Shown here in pieces: positions 41,185 to 51,156 of a DNA stretch of 59,911 nucleotides. The stretch comes from Pseudomonadota bacterium (GTDB lineage Bacteria; Pseudomonadota; Alphaproteobacteria; Sphingomonadales; Sphingomonadaceae). The translations under genes and the position numbers were made by a program. The notes under the pieces are model-generated. The model saw only the letters and a program-made list of their open reading frames with translations. It made no database searches and was not told the DNA's origin. Positions within the stretch are counted from its first letter, which is position 1, and each line of letters opens with the position of its first letter. The stretch covers positions 1-59,911 of the forward strand of contig JAEZQR010000221.1 of the NCBI GenBank assembly GCA_023413015.1, read 5' to 3'.

Positions 41185-42003
41185 ATGCATGCTGTCGAAG
41201 TAGGCCCACTCACCATCGCCAACGATCGGCCGCTGGTGCTTATCGCCGGCCCCTGCGCCATGGAGAGCCGAGATCACGCCATCGAGACGGCCGCCGCGCT
41301 TTCCGAGATGTGCGGCGCGCTTGGCCTCGGGCTGATCTACAAATCCTCCTTCGACAAGGCGAACCGCACGTCGATTAACGCACCGCGCGGAATCGGCATG
41401 GCAAAGGCCCTTGAGGTGTTTGCCGAGGTACGCGAACGCTTTGGCTGTCCAATTGTCACTGATGTTCATGAAGCGACGCAGTGTGCGCCAGTCGCCGAAG
41501 CCGTCGACATGCTGCAGATCCCGGCCTTTCTGTGCCGCCAGACCGATCTGCTCGTCGCCGCCGCGCAAACCGGTCGCGCCGTTAACGTGAAGAAGGGCCA
41601 GTTTCTCGCACCGTGGGACATGGCGAATGTCGCCGCCAAGCTGAAAGCCGCCGGTAACGATCGCATTTTGCTCTGCGAGCGTGGGGCGAGTTTCGGCTAT
41701 AACACGCTCATCAGCGATATGCGCGCGCTGCCGATCCTGGCGCAGACCGGTTTCCCGGTGGTGTTCGACGCGACCCATTCGGTGCAGCAGCCAGGTGGCC
41801 AAGGCGATCGCTCGGGCGGGCAGCGCGAGTTCGTGCCCGTTCTGGCCCGCGCTGCCGTCGCGGTCGGGGTAGCCGCGCTGTTCATTGAGACGCATCAGAA
41901 CCCCGATACCGCACCGAGCGATGGCCCGAACATGGTGCCGCTGCACGAGATGCCAGCGCTCCTCGCCCGACTCCAGCAGTTTGATCGGCTCGCGAAGGCT
42001 TAA
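41185..42003 (+). CDS. kdsA: 3-deoxy-D-manno-octulosonate 8-phosphate synthase (metal-dependent class)
   Basis: AGPCAME, KANRTS, KKGQF, ERG.SFGYN, DATHSVQ, SDG; GGAGG RBS (alternative coupled start 41170). Confidence 0.95.
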   Translation: MHAVEVGPLTIANDRPLVLIAGPCAMESRDHAIETAAALSEMCGALGLGLIYKSSFDKANRTSINAPRGIGMAKALEVFAEVRERFGCPIVTDVHEATQCAPVAEAVDMLQIPAFLCRQTDLLVAAAQTGRAVNVKKGQFLAPWDMANVAAKLKAAGNDRILLCERGASFGYNTLISDMRALPILAQTGFPVVFDATHSVQQPGGQGDRSGGQREFVPVLARAAVAVGVAALFIETHQNPDTAPSDGPNMVPLHEMPALLARLQQFDRLAKA

Positions 42004-42797
42004 GCCAGCAGTCGCTCTTGCACCTTCGCCCAAATGTCGGGGTTGCGTGCGATAAGCATCCCCTCGCCGTCCTCGCTTGGCCGATAGGGTGAACCGTCCC
42101 AGCGCGCGACCTTGCCGCCCGCCTCGGTCAGGAACAGCGCTCCCGGCGCGTGATCCCATGCCAGCGTCCGGCGATAGATCGCGAAATGTGGTCCGCTGGT
42201 CGCCACCAGCGGGTATTCCGCTCCCGCACAGCCCAAGCTCGGCGTCAATTCGGCAAGGCCATCGCTCCGGCCATGGATCGCCTCGCTTACGGCCTGCGAC
42301 ATGAACTTGCCGACGGCTCCGTGAAGTACCATCGGCACGTCAACCGAAGTGCGAACCCGCTCGCCGGCGATCCAGGCACCGCTGCCCGCCTCGGCTACCG
42401 CCAGCCGACCGGTCACCGGGTCCAGCAGCCAGCCCGCTACCGTCTGTCCGCGCTCCAGCAACGCCACCATTACCGCAAATGTTGATCGGCCCGCTGCGAA
42501 ATTCGCCGTGCCGTCGAGCGGATCGACAAGCCACACCCGCTTATTGCTTATGCGTGACAGACAATGGGGATTGGCTGCGCAGGCCTCTTCACCGATTACC
42601 AGCGACCCGGGCAACAGGGCCGTCAGCCCGTTCGTGATGATCGCTTCGGCTTCGCGATCCGCCACCGTGACCAGTTCGCCGGGCGATTTCTCGATAATCT
42701 GGTCTGCCGCGAGCGCTCGAAACCTCGGCAGGATCGCCGCCGCTGCGGCCTCACGCAGCAGGTCGCCGACCTTATCGATCAGTTTGACGACCGTCAT
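42000..42797 (-). CDS. Inositol monophosphatase family phosphatase
   Basis: [36 protein letters not shown]. Confidence 0.9.
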   Translation of the reverse strand: MTVVKLIDKVGDLLREAAAAAILPRFRALAADQIIEKSPGELVTVADREAEAIITNGLTALLPGSLVIGEEACAANPHCLSRISNKRVWLVDPLDGTANFAAGRSTFAVMVALLERGQTVAGWLLDPVTGRLAVAEAGSGAWIAGERVRTSVDVPMVLHGAVGKFMSQAVSEAIHGRSDGLAELTPSLGCAGAEYPLVATSGPHFAIYRRTLAWDHAPGALFLTEAGGKVARWDGSPYRPSEDGEGMLIARNPDIWAKVQERLLA

Positions 42798-42862
42798 GCC
42801 TGAAGCCTCTCATCACTCACGATGGCGGCGACTCGTGGAAGCATGGCGGAACCCTGCCTGAT

Positions 42863-45274
42863 CTATTCTGCGGCAATTAGCTCGGGGAGCGCAGTCTCTA
42901 CGGGAACGTGCAAACGTTCCTTGATAGGCCGGAAGGCAACGCTCAGTACGGTTTCTTCGGTCGTCCATGGTGGCGGAACGAGCATAAATCCATGCTTTTC
43001 GACACAGCGGTAGAGGCCGTCAGCTACCACCTCGATTCCCTCGAAATAACACTCGGCATTCTGCCGGACTGCCCCGTCCTCGGCGGCATCCTGGGTCAGA
43101 TCGTGTCCGGCAACGAACCAGGCACCTTCAACTTGTACCCACTCATAGAGTGCGCCAAACTTGATGCCGATAGCGTAACGGCCGGCGCCGACCGGAATAT
43201 TCACGACGAAGTAGCCGTCATGCGTCCGATGCGCCTGCACTTCGGCGTCGATCATGGAACCGCCCTCGGCGACGATAATCGGCAAGGTCAGTTTGCGGTC
43301 ATTGAAGTCCGACTGTTGAATGTCGAGCCCAAAGCGCCGAGCTGCCATCGATGTCAGGCTGATCGGCAGCCCCTGTCCGCGCAACTCGGCCGGCAGGTAC
43401 ATGCGGTCGACCCCGTGCACATAGAATATGCCACGCCGCCGCAGTTCCTGTGCCGCATTTTCAGGATCGAACAGACGCACCGAATGACCGGTGCCGAGAT
43501 TCACATCATGCTCGAACTGCGACAGTGCAGCGAGTTCACTATCGGTCGGCAGATACATGAGCCGCGTCAACGCCGCCATTGCAGCATGACGCCACGACTC
43601 CGCCTCCGATGTCGGGCGACGGTAGAACGCTTGGTCAGCCTCGCGCGTGAACCGTACACAAGCATCTTGTATCATCGAGCGGACCACGCTCTGACCGCCC
43701 TTGAGGACATCGTCGGCGTGCTCAGGCGTTCCGTCCTCACCATAGCCGATCACCGAGCCCAAAGGGATCGTGCTGAGCTGCTCGAGGACCGCCACATTGC
43801 GGCACAGCGCGTGCATCGCCCGGGTATCATAGTGCTGATCGTCGATCAGGCCCCGCTTGTCACTTGTCCGCACATCATGCCGGCGCAGTACCAAGTAGCG
43901 GCCGGCCACGGTGACGCCCATCTCGCGGCGGAGCAGCGGCTCGATATAATCCTGCACTGTACCGGCGTAACCCAGGTCCACCAAGACTAGGACGTCGCCG
44001 CGTTCGGCACCCGTCTGCGCCTTTACATGTGCGACCAGCCGGTCCGCCATCTGGCGGGAGCGTGCCAAAATCGTGCGTATCGTCTGTGGTTTCTGCACGA
44101 GTTCAGCAAACTTGGCTTTGCGGCGCTGGCCGATCGGAAGCAACCCGATGATATGCCTGATCTCACGCTCGTTGAGTAGGAGCCGCTTCGCGACCACCTC
44201 CACCGGCGTATAGTCTAACGTCCGTGCGAGGAAGTCACGGACGCTATCTTTATCGACAAACGAAGTTGCAGCTGAGGTGAAGCGGCTGATCTGAACCGTC
44301 GTTGTGGGATGCTCCGTGCCCAACGCATCGAGCACCAGCTTCGGCAGATGGCCGTCGCGTAGCAGGAATACCAAATGCGTCCGACCCGTCGTCGTCGCGG
44401 CGATCGCTTCAGCCTCCGCCTCCAGCCAGCGCGCGAAGCCGTAGAACACCGGCCCCAGCGCTGCGTAGCCGAGCGCCTCGGCCGGTTCTGCCAGTCGTGG
44501 CTGCGCGACCGCCAAAGCCGCACGGTGCGGCTGAAAGGCCGGCTGCACGACACGCACCCCGGGATCGAACATCACGCCTGCTACCGTCTCCAGGCGTAAC
44601 CGTTCGCGCGTTACCTCGTCGAACTGGACGAGATGGAGAGCTGTCACGCCCATATCCGTGGGTGCCGCAAAGTCGGCCCTCGGGTTATCGCCGATGTGTA
44701 GGACGCGGTTCGGTGCAACCTCAAGCTTGCGCAGCACCGGCTCGAATAGGCCGCCTGACTTGGACGTGCCGAATTCGGACGAGCAGAATATCTGATCGAT
44801 AAGCTCGATCACCTCGTCTCCCGCAACTGTGCGGATCAGCTCGGTCAGTTGCGTCTCGCTCAGGTACGTGTCGCTGACGATGACTACCTTCAGCCCACGC
44901 CGCTTGGCGCTGCGCATCAGCTCGACCGCCGGTCGGAAAGCGTAGCAATGCCGCCTCTCAGCCGCCAGCTCGGCCGCTACACCCGCGCTTCTGACCGCCT
45001 CATCGGCATCTGGCATAAGGTCACGATAGATTTCCTCGATCGTCACCTCGTTACTACTGCGTAAAACCCGGGAGTAGGTGCGCGCAATAAGCTCGGCGAA
45101 TGTACGCTGGTGGGGATCCACGCCCGGCAGCCCCAGATCGGCGAACACGTCCTTAGGGGCGTTCACGTTGCGCCAGATCAGCGTGTCGAAGCAGTCCAGC
45201 GACAGAACGTCGACGTCGAAGCTCCTGTCCTCGAGAAGGGTCGCGAGCTCATGCGGGTAAACGGCGTCGGTCAC
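42863..45274 (-). CDS. HAD phosphatase + PRTase-like multidomain protein, candidate PRPP-dependent ribofuranosyltransferase
   Basis: HAD motifs SLDCFDTL, IVSDTY, SSEFGTSK, HIGDN..AD; second domain FLLRDG, ISRF, VLVDLGYAGTVQ (PRPP-loop-like). Confidence 0.7.
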   Translation of the reverse strand: MTDAVYPHELATLLEDRSFDVDVLSLDCFDTLIWRNVNAPKDVFADLGLPGVDPHQRTFAELIARTYSRVLRSSNEVTIEEIYRDLMPDADEAVRSAGVAAELAAERRHCYAFRPAVELMRSAKRRGLKVVIVSDTYLSETQLTELIRTVAGDEVIELIDQIFCSSEFGTSKSGGLFEPVLRKLEVAPNRVLHIGDNPRADFAAPTDMGVTALHLVQFDEVTRERLRLETVAGVMFDPGVRVVQPAFQPHRAALAVAQPRLAEPAEALGYAALGPVFYGFARWLEAEAEAIAATTTGRTHLVFLLRDGHLPKLVLDALGTEHPTTTVQISRFTSAATSFVDKDSVRDFLARTLDYTPVEVVAKRLLLNEREIRHIIGLLPIGQRRKAKFAELVQKPQTIRTILARSRQMADRLVAHVKAQTGAERGDVLVLVDLGYAGTVQDYIEPLLRREMGVTVAGRYLVLRRHDVRTSDKRGLIDDQHYDTRAMHALCRNVAVLEQLSTIPLGSVIGYGEDGTPEHADDVLKGGQSVVRSMIQDACVRFTREADQAFYRRPTSEAESWRHAAMAALTRLMYLPTDSELAALSQFEHDVNLGTGHSVRLFDPENAAQELRRRGIFYVHGVDRMYLPAELRGQGLPISLTSMAARRFGLDIQQSDFNDRKLTLPIIVAEGGSMIDAEVQAHRTHDGYFVVNIPVGAGRYAIGIKFGALYEWVQVEGAWFVAGHDLTQDAAEDGAVRQNAECYFEGIEVVADGLYRCVEKHGFMLVPPPWTTEETVLSVAFRPIKERLHVPVETALPELIAAE

Positions 45275-45322
45275 GGGCGGGCCTTCGGCTAGCGCTGCAG
45301 GATGGCCCGGCCATGCGTTCGC

Positions 45323-45337
45323 GCATCCGCCGTGCCA
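45323..45337 (-). promoter_or_regulatory. Candidate sigma54 promoter of the HAD/PRTase gene
   Basis: Minus strand TGGCACG-GCGG-ATGC; GG-N10-GC spacing correct, one mismatch in the -12 element. Confidence 0.5.
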
Positions 45338-45420
45338 CTCCCCTGAGTTAACGGAGGCGCCCGCCGATGCTTAAGGCGCCCGGCCTAGCGCCCGCCCCTC
45401 CCGGGCGCTAAGGGGCGCGC

Positions 45421-46755
45421 ATGGACCTTCACCTGCACAATACGCTGACGCGCGCGAAAGAGCGCTTCGTTCCCGCCGATCCGAGCCGGGTGACGATGTA
45501 TGTGTGCGGTCCCACCGTTTACAATCGCGCGCACATCGGCAATGCGCGGCCCGCCGTCGTCTTCGACGTGCTCGCCCGCCTGCTCCGCCACGTCTACGGC
45601 GAGGGCCACGTCGTCTATGCGCGCAACATCACCGACATCGAGGACAAGATCATCGCCGCCGCTGCCAGCGAAGGCGTGCCGATCGAGACGATCACCTCCC
45701 GCTTCGAGCGGCATTATCTCGACGACATGGGGGCGCTCGGCGTCATCCCGCCCGACATCGCGCCGCACGCCACTGCCCATGTGCCGCAGATGATCGCGAT
45801 GATCGAGCGACTGATCGCGGCCGGCCACGCCTACGAGGCCGAAGGCCATGTGCTGTTCGATGTGCCGAGCTGGCCCGAGTATGGCCGTCTGTCGAAGCGC
45901 CCGATGGACGAGATGATCGCCGGCGCCCGCGTCGAAGTCGCGCCGTACAAGAAGAGCCCCGCCGACTTCGTCCTGTGGAAGCCGAGCACCGGCGACCAGC
46001 CTGGTTGGGACTCGCCTTGGGGCCGCGGCCGCCCCGGCTGGCACATCGAATGCTCGGCGATGATCGAGGCGCATCTCGGGCAGACGATCGACATCCACGC
46101 CGGCGGCATCGACCTCCAGTTCCCACACCACGAGAACGAGGGCGCGCAGTCCGCCTGCTCGCACGGCGGCGCGGCGCTCGCGCGCTACTGGCTTCACAAC
46201 GGCTTCCTGTCGATGGACTCGACCAAGATGTCGAAGTCGCTCGGCAACGTCGTCACCGTCGACCAGCTGCTGGCGCAAGGCCACAAGGGCGAGGTCCTCC
46301 GCCTCGCGCTGCTCTCCGCCCACTACCGCCAGCCGCTCGACTGGACCGAGGCGCTGATCGAGCAGTCGAAGGCGACGCTCGACCGCTGGTACGACCTGCT
46401 CCGCAACGTGCCGGCCGGCGACGCCGAGGCTGCCCCGAAGGTGCTGGCCGCGCTGGCCGACGACCTCAACACGCCGCGCGCGCTCGCTGCCCTGTCGGCG
46501 CTGCACGGCGCCAAGGATGCCGCGCGCCTCAAGGCGTCGGCCGCGCTGCTCGGCCTGCTGCAGGACGATCCCAACGCCTGGTTCACCGCCGGCACCGATG
46601 TCGACCCCGCCTGGATCGAGGCGCAGATCGCCGCCCGCCGCGAGGCGCGCGCCGCGAAGAACTTCGCCGAAGCCGACCGCATCCGTCAGGAACTCACCGA
46701 CGCCGGCATCGTGCTGGAGGACGGCCCCACTGGTACGACCTGGAAGCGCGCCTAG
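45421..46755 (+). CDS. cysS: Cysteine--tRNA ligase
   Basis: [27 protein letters not shown]. Confidence 0.97.
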   Translation: MDLHLHNTLTRAKERFVPADPSRVTMYVCGPTVYNRAHIGNARPAVVFDVLARLLRHVYGEGHVVYARNITDIEDKIIAAAASEGVPIETITSRFERHYLDDMGALGVIPPDIAPHATAHVPQMIAMIERLIAAGHAYEAEGHVLFDVPSWPEYGRLSKRPMDEMIAGARVEVAPYKKSPADFVLWKPSTGDQPGWDSPWGRGRPGWHIECSAMIEAHLGQTIDIHAGGIDLQFPHHENEGAQSACSHGGAALARYWLHNGFLSMDSTKMSKSLGNVVTVDQLLAQGHKGEVLRLALLSAHYRQPLDWTEALIEQSKATLDRWYDLLRNVPAGDAEAAPKVLAALADDLNTPRALAALSALHGAKDAARLKASAALLGLLQDDPNAWFTAGTDVDPAWIEAQIAARREARAAKNFAEADRIRQELTDAGIVLEDGPTGTTWKRA

Positions 46756-46824
46756 ATGTCTTTCCGCCGCGGGGGGTGACGCACCGGGTTGGGCCTGCCC
46801 GTTCGGAGTGCTAGATCAGCAAAC

Positions 46825-47268
46825 GTGTCCGACACCCTCTACAACACGCACATCCTGCGCCTCGCGGCTTCGATCCCACACCAGGCGCGGCTGGAGGCCC
46901 CGCAGGCGAGCGTGCAGCGCGTGAGCCCGATCTGCGGCAGCCGGGTGACGGTCGATCTCGACCTTGATGCGGCCGGTCGCGTCGCCCGCTTCGGGCAGGA
47001 GGTGCGCGCCTGCGCGCTCGGCCAGGCCTCCGCCGCCATCCTCGGCGCGCAGGTGATCGGCCGGACCCCGCTTGAGCTCGCCCAGGCCCGCGACGCGCTT
47101 GCCGCCTTCCTGAAGGGTGAGGCGGAAACGCCCGGCGGCTGGCCCGGGCTCGACGTGCTCGCGCCGGCGCGGCCGCACAAGGGCCGCCACGGCTCGATCC
47201 TGCTCGCCTTCCAGGCGGCCGCCGACGCCGCGGCAGCGGCGGCGAGCGACGTGGCGGCCGCCTCCTAG
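46825..47268 (+). CDS. IscU/NifU N-terminal-like Fe-S scaffold protein
   Basis: SPICGS, RACALGQAS, RHGSI; GTG start. Confidence 0.85.
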   Translation: MSDTLYNTHILRLAASIPHQARLEAPQASVQRVSPICGSRVTVDLDLDAAGRVARFGQEVRACALGQASAAILGAQVIGRTPLELAQARDALAAFLKGEAETPGGWPGLDVLAPARPHKGRHGSILLAFQAAADAAAAAASDVAAAS

Positions 47269-49077
47269 ATGACCGCCGCGCACGAGCCGACGCTGCTCCG
47301 GGACGCGGTGGTCTATCTCGCCGCCGCGGTGGTCGCCGTGCCGCTCTTCTACCGCCTCAAGCTCGGCGCGGTGCTCGGCTATCTCGCCGCCGGCATCGCG
47401 ATCGGACCGCACCTCCTCGGCCTCGTCGCCAACCCGGAGTCGACGCTCGCCTTCGCCGAGTTCGGCATCGTGCTCCTGCTGTTCGTGATCGGGCTCGAGC
47501 TGCGGCCTGCGCGCCTCTGGCAACTGCGCGGCGACATCTTCGGCCTGGGGTTCCTGCAGGTCATGACCTGCGGCCTGGCGCTGACCGGCGTCGTGCTCGC
47601 GCTCACCAACTTCACCTGGCAGGCCGCGCTCGTCGTCGGCCTGCCGCTCGCGCTGTCCTCGACCGCGCTCGTCATCCAGCTCCTCGAGGAGCGCGGCGAG
47701 CTCAGCACGCCGATGGGCGAGCGCAGCTTCTCGATGCTGCTGTTCCAGGACCTCGCAATCGTACCGCTGCTGACGATCGTCGCGGCCCTGAGCCGCGTGC
47801 CCGATCCGAATGCCGCTCCCGGCTGGCTGCAGGTGCTCTACACGGTCGGTGCCATCACCGGCCTCGCGCTCGCCGGCCGTTATCTCCTGAACCCGCTGTT
47901 CCGCATCATCGGCGAGCTGGGCGCGCGCGAGGCGTTCGTCATCGCGGCGCTGTTCACGGTGCTCGGCGCCGCCTTCGTCATGGCGAGCCTCGGCCTGTCG
48001 ATGGCGCTCGGCGCCTTCGTCGCGGGCGTGATGCTCGCCGATTCGAACTACCGGCATGAACTCGAAGCGGACATCGAGCCGTTCCGCGGCCTGCTCCTCG
48101 GCCTGTTCTTCATCTCGGTCGGCATGACGCTCGACCTCGGCGTGCTTCTGGACCGAGCCGAGCTCATCCTCGGCCTCGCGATCGCCGTGATGGCGACGAA
48201 GACCGCGCTCATCGCGCTTCTCGCCCGCCTGTTCGGCTCGCCGCTCAGAAGCGCGCTGCCGATGGGGCTGCTGCTGGCCCAGGGCGGCGAGTTCGGTTTC
48301 GTGCTGTTCGGCGCCGCCGAGCGCGGCCTCCTCATCTCGCCCGCCGCCGCCAGCCTGTTCAGCGCGGTGGTCACCATATCGATGGCGCTCACGCCGATTC
48401 TCGTCCGGCTCGCGAGTGTCCTGCCGGTCAGCGAGCGCGAGGTGACGCTCGACGGTCCGCGCGGCACGGACGCTGCGCGCAACGCGATCATCGTCGGCTA
48501 CGGCCGCTTCGGCCAGGCGGTCGGCCAGATGCTGACGGGCCGCGGCATCGGCGTCACGCTGATCGACGTGAAGCCCGCGCAGATCGAGCTGACGGGCCGC
48601 TTCGGCGCCAAGGTCTATTATGGCGACGGCCGCCGCGTCGACGTGCTGCGCGCCGCCGGCGCCGAGCACGCCGACATCATCGTCTTCGCCGCCGATGGCG
48701 GCTGGCTCGTTGCCGACACGCTCGAGCCGATCCGTGCCGCCTTCCCCCAGGCGAAGATCCTCGCCCGCGCCTATGATCGCCGCCACTGGCTCGAGCTTAC
48801 CCGGGCGGATGTCGAGGTGGTGGTGCGCGAGGTCTTCGATTCGGCGGTGCGCATGGGGCGCGAGGCGCTGCGCGCGCTGGGCACCGACGAAGAGACGATC
48901 GACGCGATCGAAGAAGAGTATCGCCGTCTCGATGCCGAACGGCTATCGGTCCAGCTTTGCAGCGGCGACTTGATGGCGGGCCGCGATCTCGTCTACCCGC
49001 CGCGCCGGACCATCAACGACGCGGTCGGTGAAATTCCGTTCGCCGACAATGAGAGCGAGGTACCTTCCAGTGCGTGA
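47269..49077 (+). CDS. KefB/KefC-type CPA2 potassium-efflux antiporter
   Basis: LSSTA, LLFQD, RHELEADIEPFRGLLLGLFF, QGGEFGFV, KTN domain GYGRFG. Confidence 0.92.
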   Translation: MTAAHEPTLLRDAVVYLAAAVVAVPLFYRLKLGAVLGYLAAGIAIGPHLLGLVANPESTLAFAEFGIVLLLFVIGLELRPARLWQLRGDIFGLGFLQVMTCGLALTGVVLALTNFTWQAALVVGLPLALSSTALVIQLLEERGELSTPMGERSFSMLLFQDLAIVPLLTIVAALSRVPDPNAAPGWLQVLYTVGAITGLALAGRYLLNPLFRIIGELGAREAFVIAALFTVLGAAFVMASLGLSMALGAFVAGVMLADSNYRHELEADIEPFRGLLLGLFFISVGMTLDLGVLLDRAELILGLAIAVMATKTALIALLARLFGSPLRSALPMGLLLAQGGEFGFVLFGAAERGLLISPAAASLFSAVVTISMALTPILVRLASVLPVSEREVTLDGPRGTDAARNAIIVGYGRFGQAVGQMLTGRGIGVTLIDVKPAQIELTGRFGAKVYYGDGRRVDVLRAAGAEHADIIVFAADGGWLVADTLEPIRAAFPQAKILARAYDRRHWLELTRADVEVVVREVFDSAVRMGREALRALGTDEETIDAIEEEYRRLDAERLSVQLCSGDLMAGRDLVYPPRRTINDAVGEIPFADNESEVPSSA

Positions 49078-50569
49078 CATCCAGCATTTCATCGCCGGCA
49101 AGGCACAGGCTTCGTCCTCGGGACGCTTCGGCGACGTATTCGATCCCAATACGGGCCGCGTGCAGGCCCGCGTCGGCCTCGGCACCGCGGACGAGCTGAA
49201 CAGCGCGGTCGAGATCGCCGCCGCCGCGCAGCCCGCCTGGGCCGCGGTCAACCCGCAGCGCCGCGCCCGCGTGATGTTCGAGTTCAAACGCCTGCTCGAA
49301 GCCAATATGGACGAGCTCGCGCACCTGCTCTCCTCCGAGCATGGCAAGGTGATCGCCGATGCGCGCGGCGATGTGCAGCGCGGCCTCGAGGTGATCGAGT
49401 TCGCCTGCGGCGTCCCGCATCTGCTGAAAGGCGAGTACACGCAGGGCGCGGGCCCCGGCATCGACGTCTATTCGATGCGCCAGCCCTTGGGCGTCGTCGC
49501 CGGCATCACGCCGTTCAACTTCCCGGCGATGATCCCGATGTGGATGTTCGGCGTGGCGATCGCCTGCGGCAACGCCTTCATCCTGAAGCCGTCGGAGCGC
49601 GACCCGTCGGTGCCGGTGCGCCTCGCCGAGCTGATGCTCGAGGCCGGCCTGCCGGAAGGCGTCCTCAACGTCGTCCAGGGCGACAAGGAAGTCGTCGACG
49701 CCATCCTCGACAATCCGACGATCAAGGCGGTGAGCTTCGTCGGCTCGTCCGACATCGCCCACTATGTCTACCAGCGCGGCGTCGCCGCGGGTAAGCGCGT
49801 CCAGGCGATGGGCGGCGCCAAGAACCACGGCATCGTGCTGCCCGACGCCGATCTCGACCAGACGGTCGCCGACCTCGTCGGTGCCGCCTTCGGCTCGGCC
49901 GGCGAGCGCTGCATGGCGCTTCCCGTCGTCGTGCCGGTCGGCGACAAGACCGCGCAGGCGCTCAAGGACCGCTTGCTCCCCGAGATCGAGAAGCTTCGCG
50001 TCGGCGTCTCGACCGACAAGGACGCGCACTACGGCCCGGTCGTCACCGCCGCGCACAAGGCGCGGATCGAGAGCTACATCGAGATGGGCGTGCGCGAAGG
50101 CGCCGAGCTCGTCGTCGACGGCCGCGGCTTCAAGCTCCAGGGCCATGAGGAAGGCTTCTTCGTCGGCCCGACGCTGTTCGACCATGTGAAGCCGACGATG
50201 CAGTCCTACCAGGAAGAGATCTTCGGTCCCGTCCTTCAGATGGTACGCGCCGACAACTTCGAGGACGCACTCGCGCTGCCGACGAAGCACCAGTACGGCA
50301 ACGGCGTCGCGATCTTCACGCGCAACGGCGCGGCCGCCCGCGAGTTCGCCGCGAACGTCGAGGTCGGAATGGTCGGCATCAACGTGCCGATCCCGGTGCC
50401 CGTCGCCTATCATACCTTCGGCGGCTGGAAGCGCTCGGCGTTCGGCGACACCAACCAGCACGGCGAGGAAGGCATCCGCTTCTTCACGAAGATCAAGACG
50501 GTGACGCAGCGCTGGCCCGCTGGCGGCCCGGTGACCGACAGCGCCTTCGTCATCCCGACGATGAAATAG
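49070..50569 (+). CDS. mmsA: CoA-acylating methylmalonate-semialdehyde dehydrogenase
   Basis: ITPFNFPAM, LKPSERDP, MGGAKNH, AGERCMA, EEIFGPV. Confidence 0.94.
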   Translation: MRDIQHFIAGKAQASSSGRFGDVFDPNTGRVQARVGLGTADELNSAVEIAAAAQPAWAAVNPQRRARVMFEFKRLLEANMDELAHLLSSEHGKVIADARGDVQRGLEVIEFACGVPHLLKGEYTQGAGPGIDVYSMRQPLGVVAGITPFNFPAMIPMWMFGVAIACGNAFILKPSERDPSVPVRLAELMLEAGLPEGVLNVVQGDKEVVDAILDNPTIKAVSFVGSSDIAHYVYQRGVAAGKRVQAMGGAKNHGIVLPDADLDQTVADLVGAAFGSAGERCMALPVVVPVGDKTAQALKDRLLPEIEKLRVGVSTDKDAHYGPVVTAAHKARIESYIEMGVREGAELVVDGRGFKLQGHEEGFFVGPTLFDHVKPTMQSYQEEIFGPVLQMVRADNFEDALALPTKHQYGNGVAIFTRNGAAAREFAANVEVGMVGINVPIPVPVAYHTFGGWKRSAFGDTNQHGEEGIRFFTKIKTVTQRWPAGGPVTDSAFVIPTMK

Positions 50570-50570
50570 C

Positions 50571-50750
50571 ATGGCCGAAGGCTTCGTCCGTCACCGCCAG
50601 CCCTGGACCGCCGACGAGCTCGACAAGCTCCGGCGGTTCGCCGCCAAGGGGATGGCGCTGAAGGCCATCGCCAAGGCGCTGACCCGCAGCGAGGAATCGG
50701 TGAAGGACCGCGCCAAGCTTGACGGCCTGAAGATCAGCAAATTGCGGTAG
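50571..50750 (+). CDS. 59-aa basic helix-turn-helix protein (GcrA-N/Myb-like)
   Basis: Absent from the track (under 60 aa). Hand translation MAEGFVRHRQPWTADELDKLRRFAAKGMALKAIAKALTRSEESVKDRAKLDGLKISKLR; 1-nt gap after the mmsA stop; GC-rich third positions. Confidence 0.75.
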   Translation: MAEGFVRHRQPWTADELDKLRRFAAKGMALKAIAKALTRSEESVKDRAKLDGLKISKLR

Positions 50751-50773
50751 CGAAACCGCCCGAAGAGGACCGA

Positions 50774-51037
50774 ATGACCGACACACCTCCCGATCGCCTG
50801 TCCACCAATCCCAAGAACCCGCACTGCGATCCCGCGCTGCTCGAGCGCGGCGTCGGCATCCGCTTCAACGGGGTCGAGAAGACCAACGTCGAGGAATATT
50901 GCGTCAGCGAGGGCTGGATCCGCGTGGCGGCCGGCGCCAGCCGTGACCGCTTCGGCAACCCGATGACGATCAAGCTCAAGGGCAAGGTCGAACCCTATTT
51001 CCGCGACACCGCCGCGGAAGCCGAGGCCGGCGAATAA
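50774..51037 (+). CDS. DUF3297 family protein
   Basis: PPDRLS..P, GIRFNG.EKTNVEEYCVSEGW; GAGGA RBS. Confidence 0.85.
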   Translation: MTDTPPDRLSTNPKNPHCDPALLERGVGIRFNGVEKTNVEEYCVSEGWIRVAAGASRDRFGNPMTIKLKGKVEPYFRDTAAEAEAGE

Positions 51038-51047
51038 TCCGGGCTCA

Positions 51048-51067
51048 GGGCCGCCATCCGGCGGCCC
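51048..51067 (+). terminator. GC hairpin, possible terminator
   Basis: GGGCCGCC-ATCC-GGCGGCCC; weak U-tract. Confidence 0.4.
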
Positions 51068-51156
51068 GGCTTGCTTCCAGAACCGCCCGTGGAGCCGTTT
51101 GGCGACGCGGGCGGTTTATCGTTGTGTGACGAAAACATGACAACGAGAGGTGAGCC

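Noticed and set aside
37576..45420. Glycan island as an autonomous mobile element
   Set aside because: No integrase, transposase, tRNA target or flanking direct repeat was found by eye.
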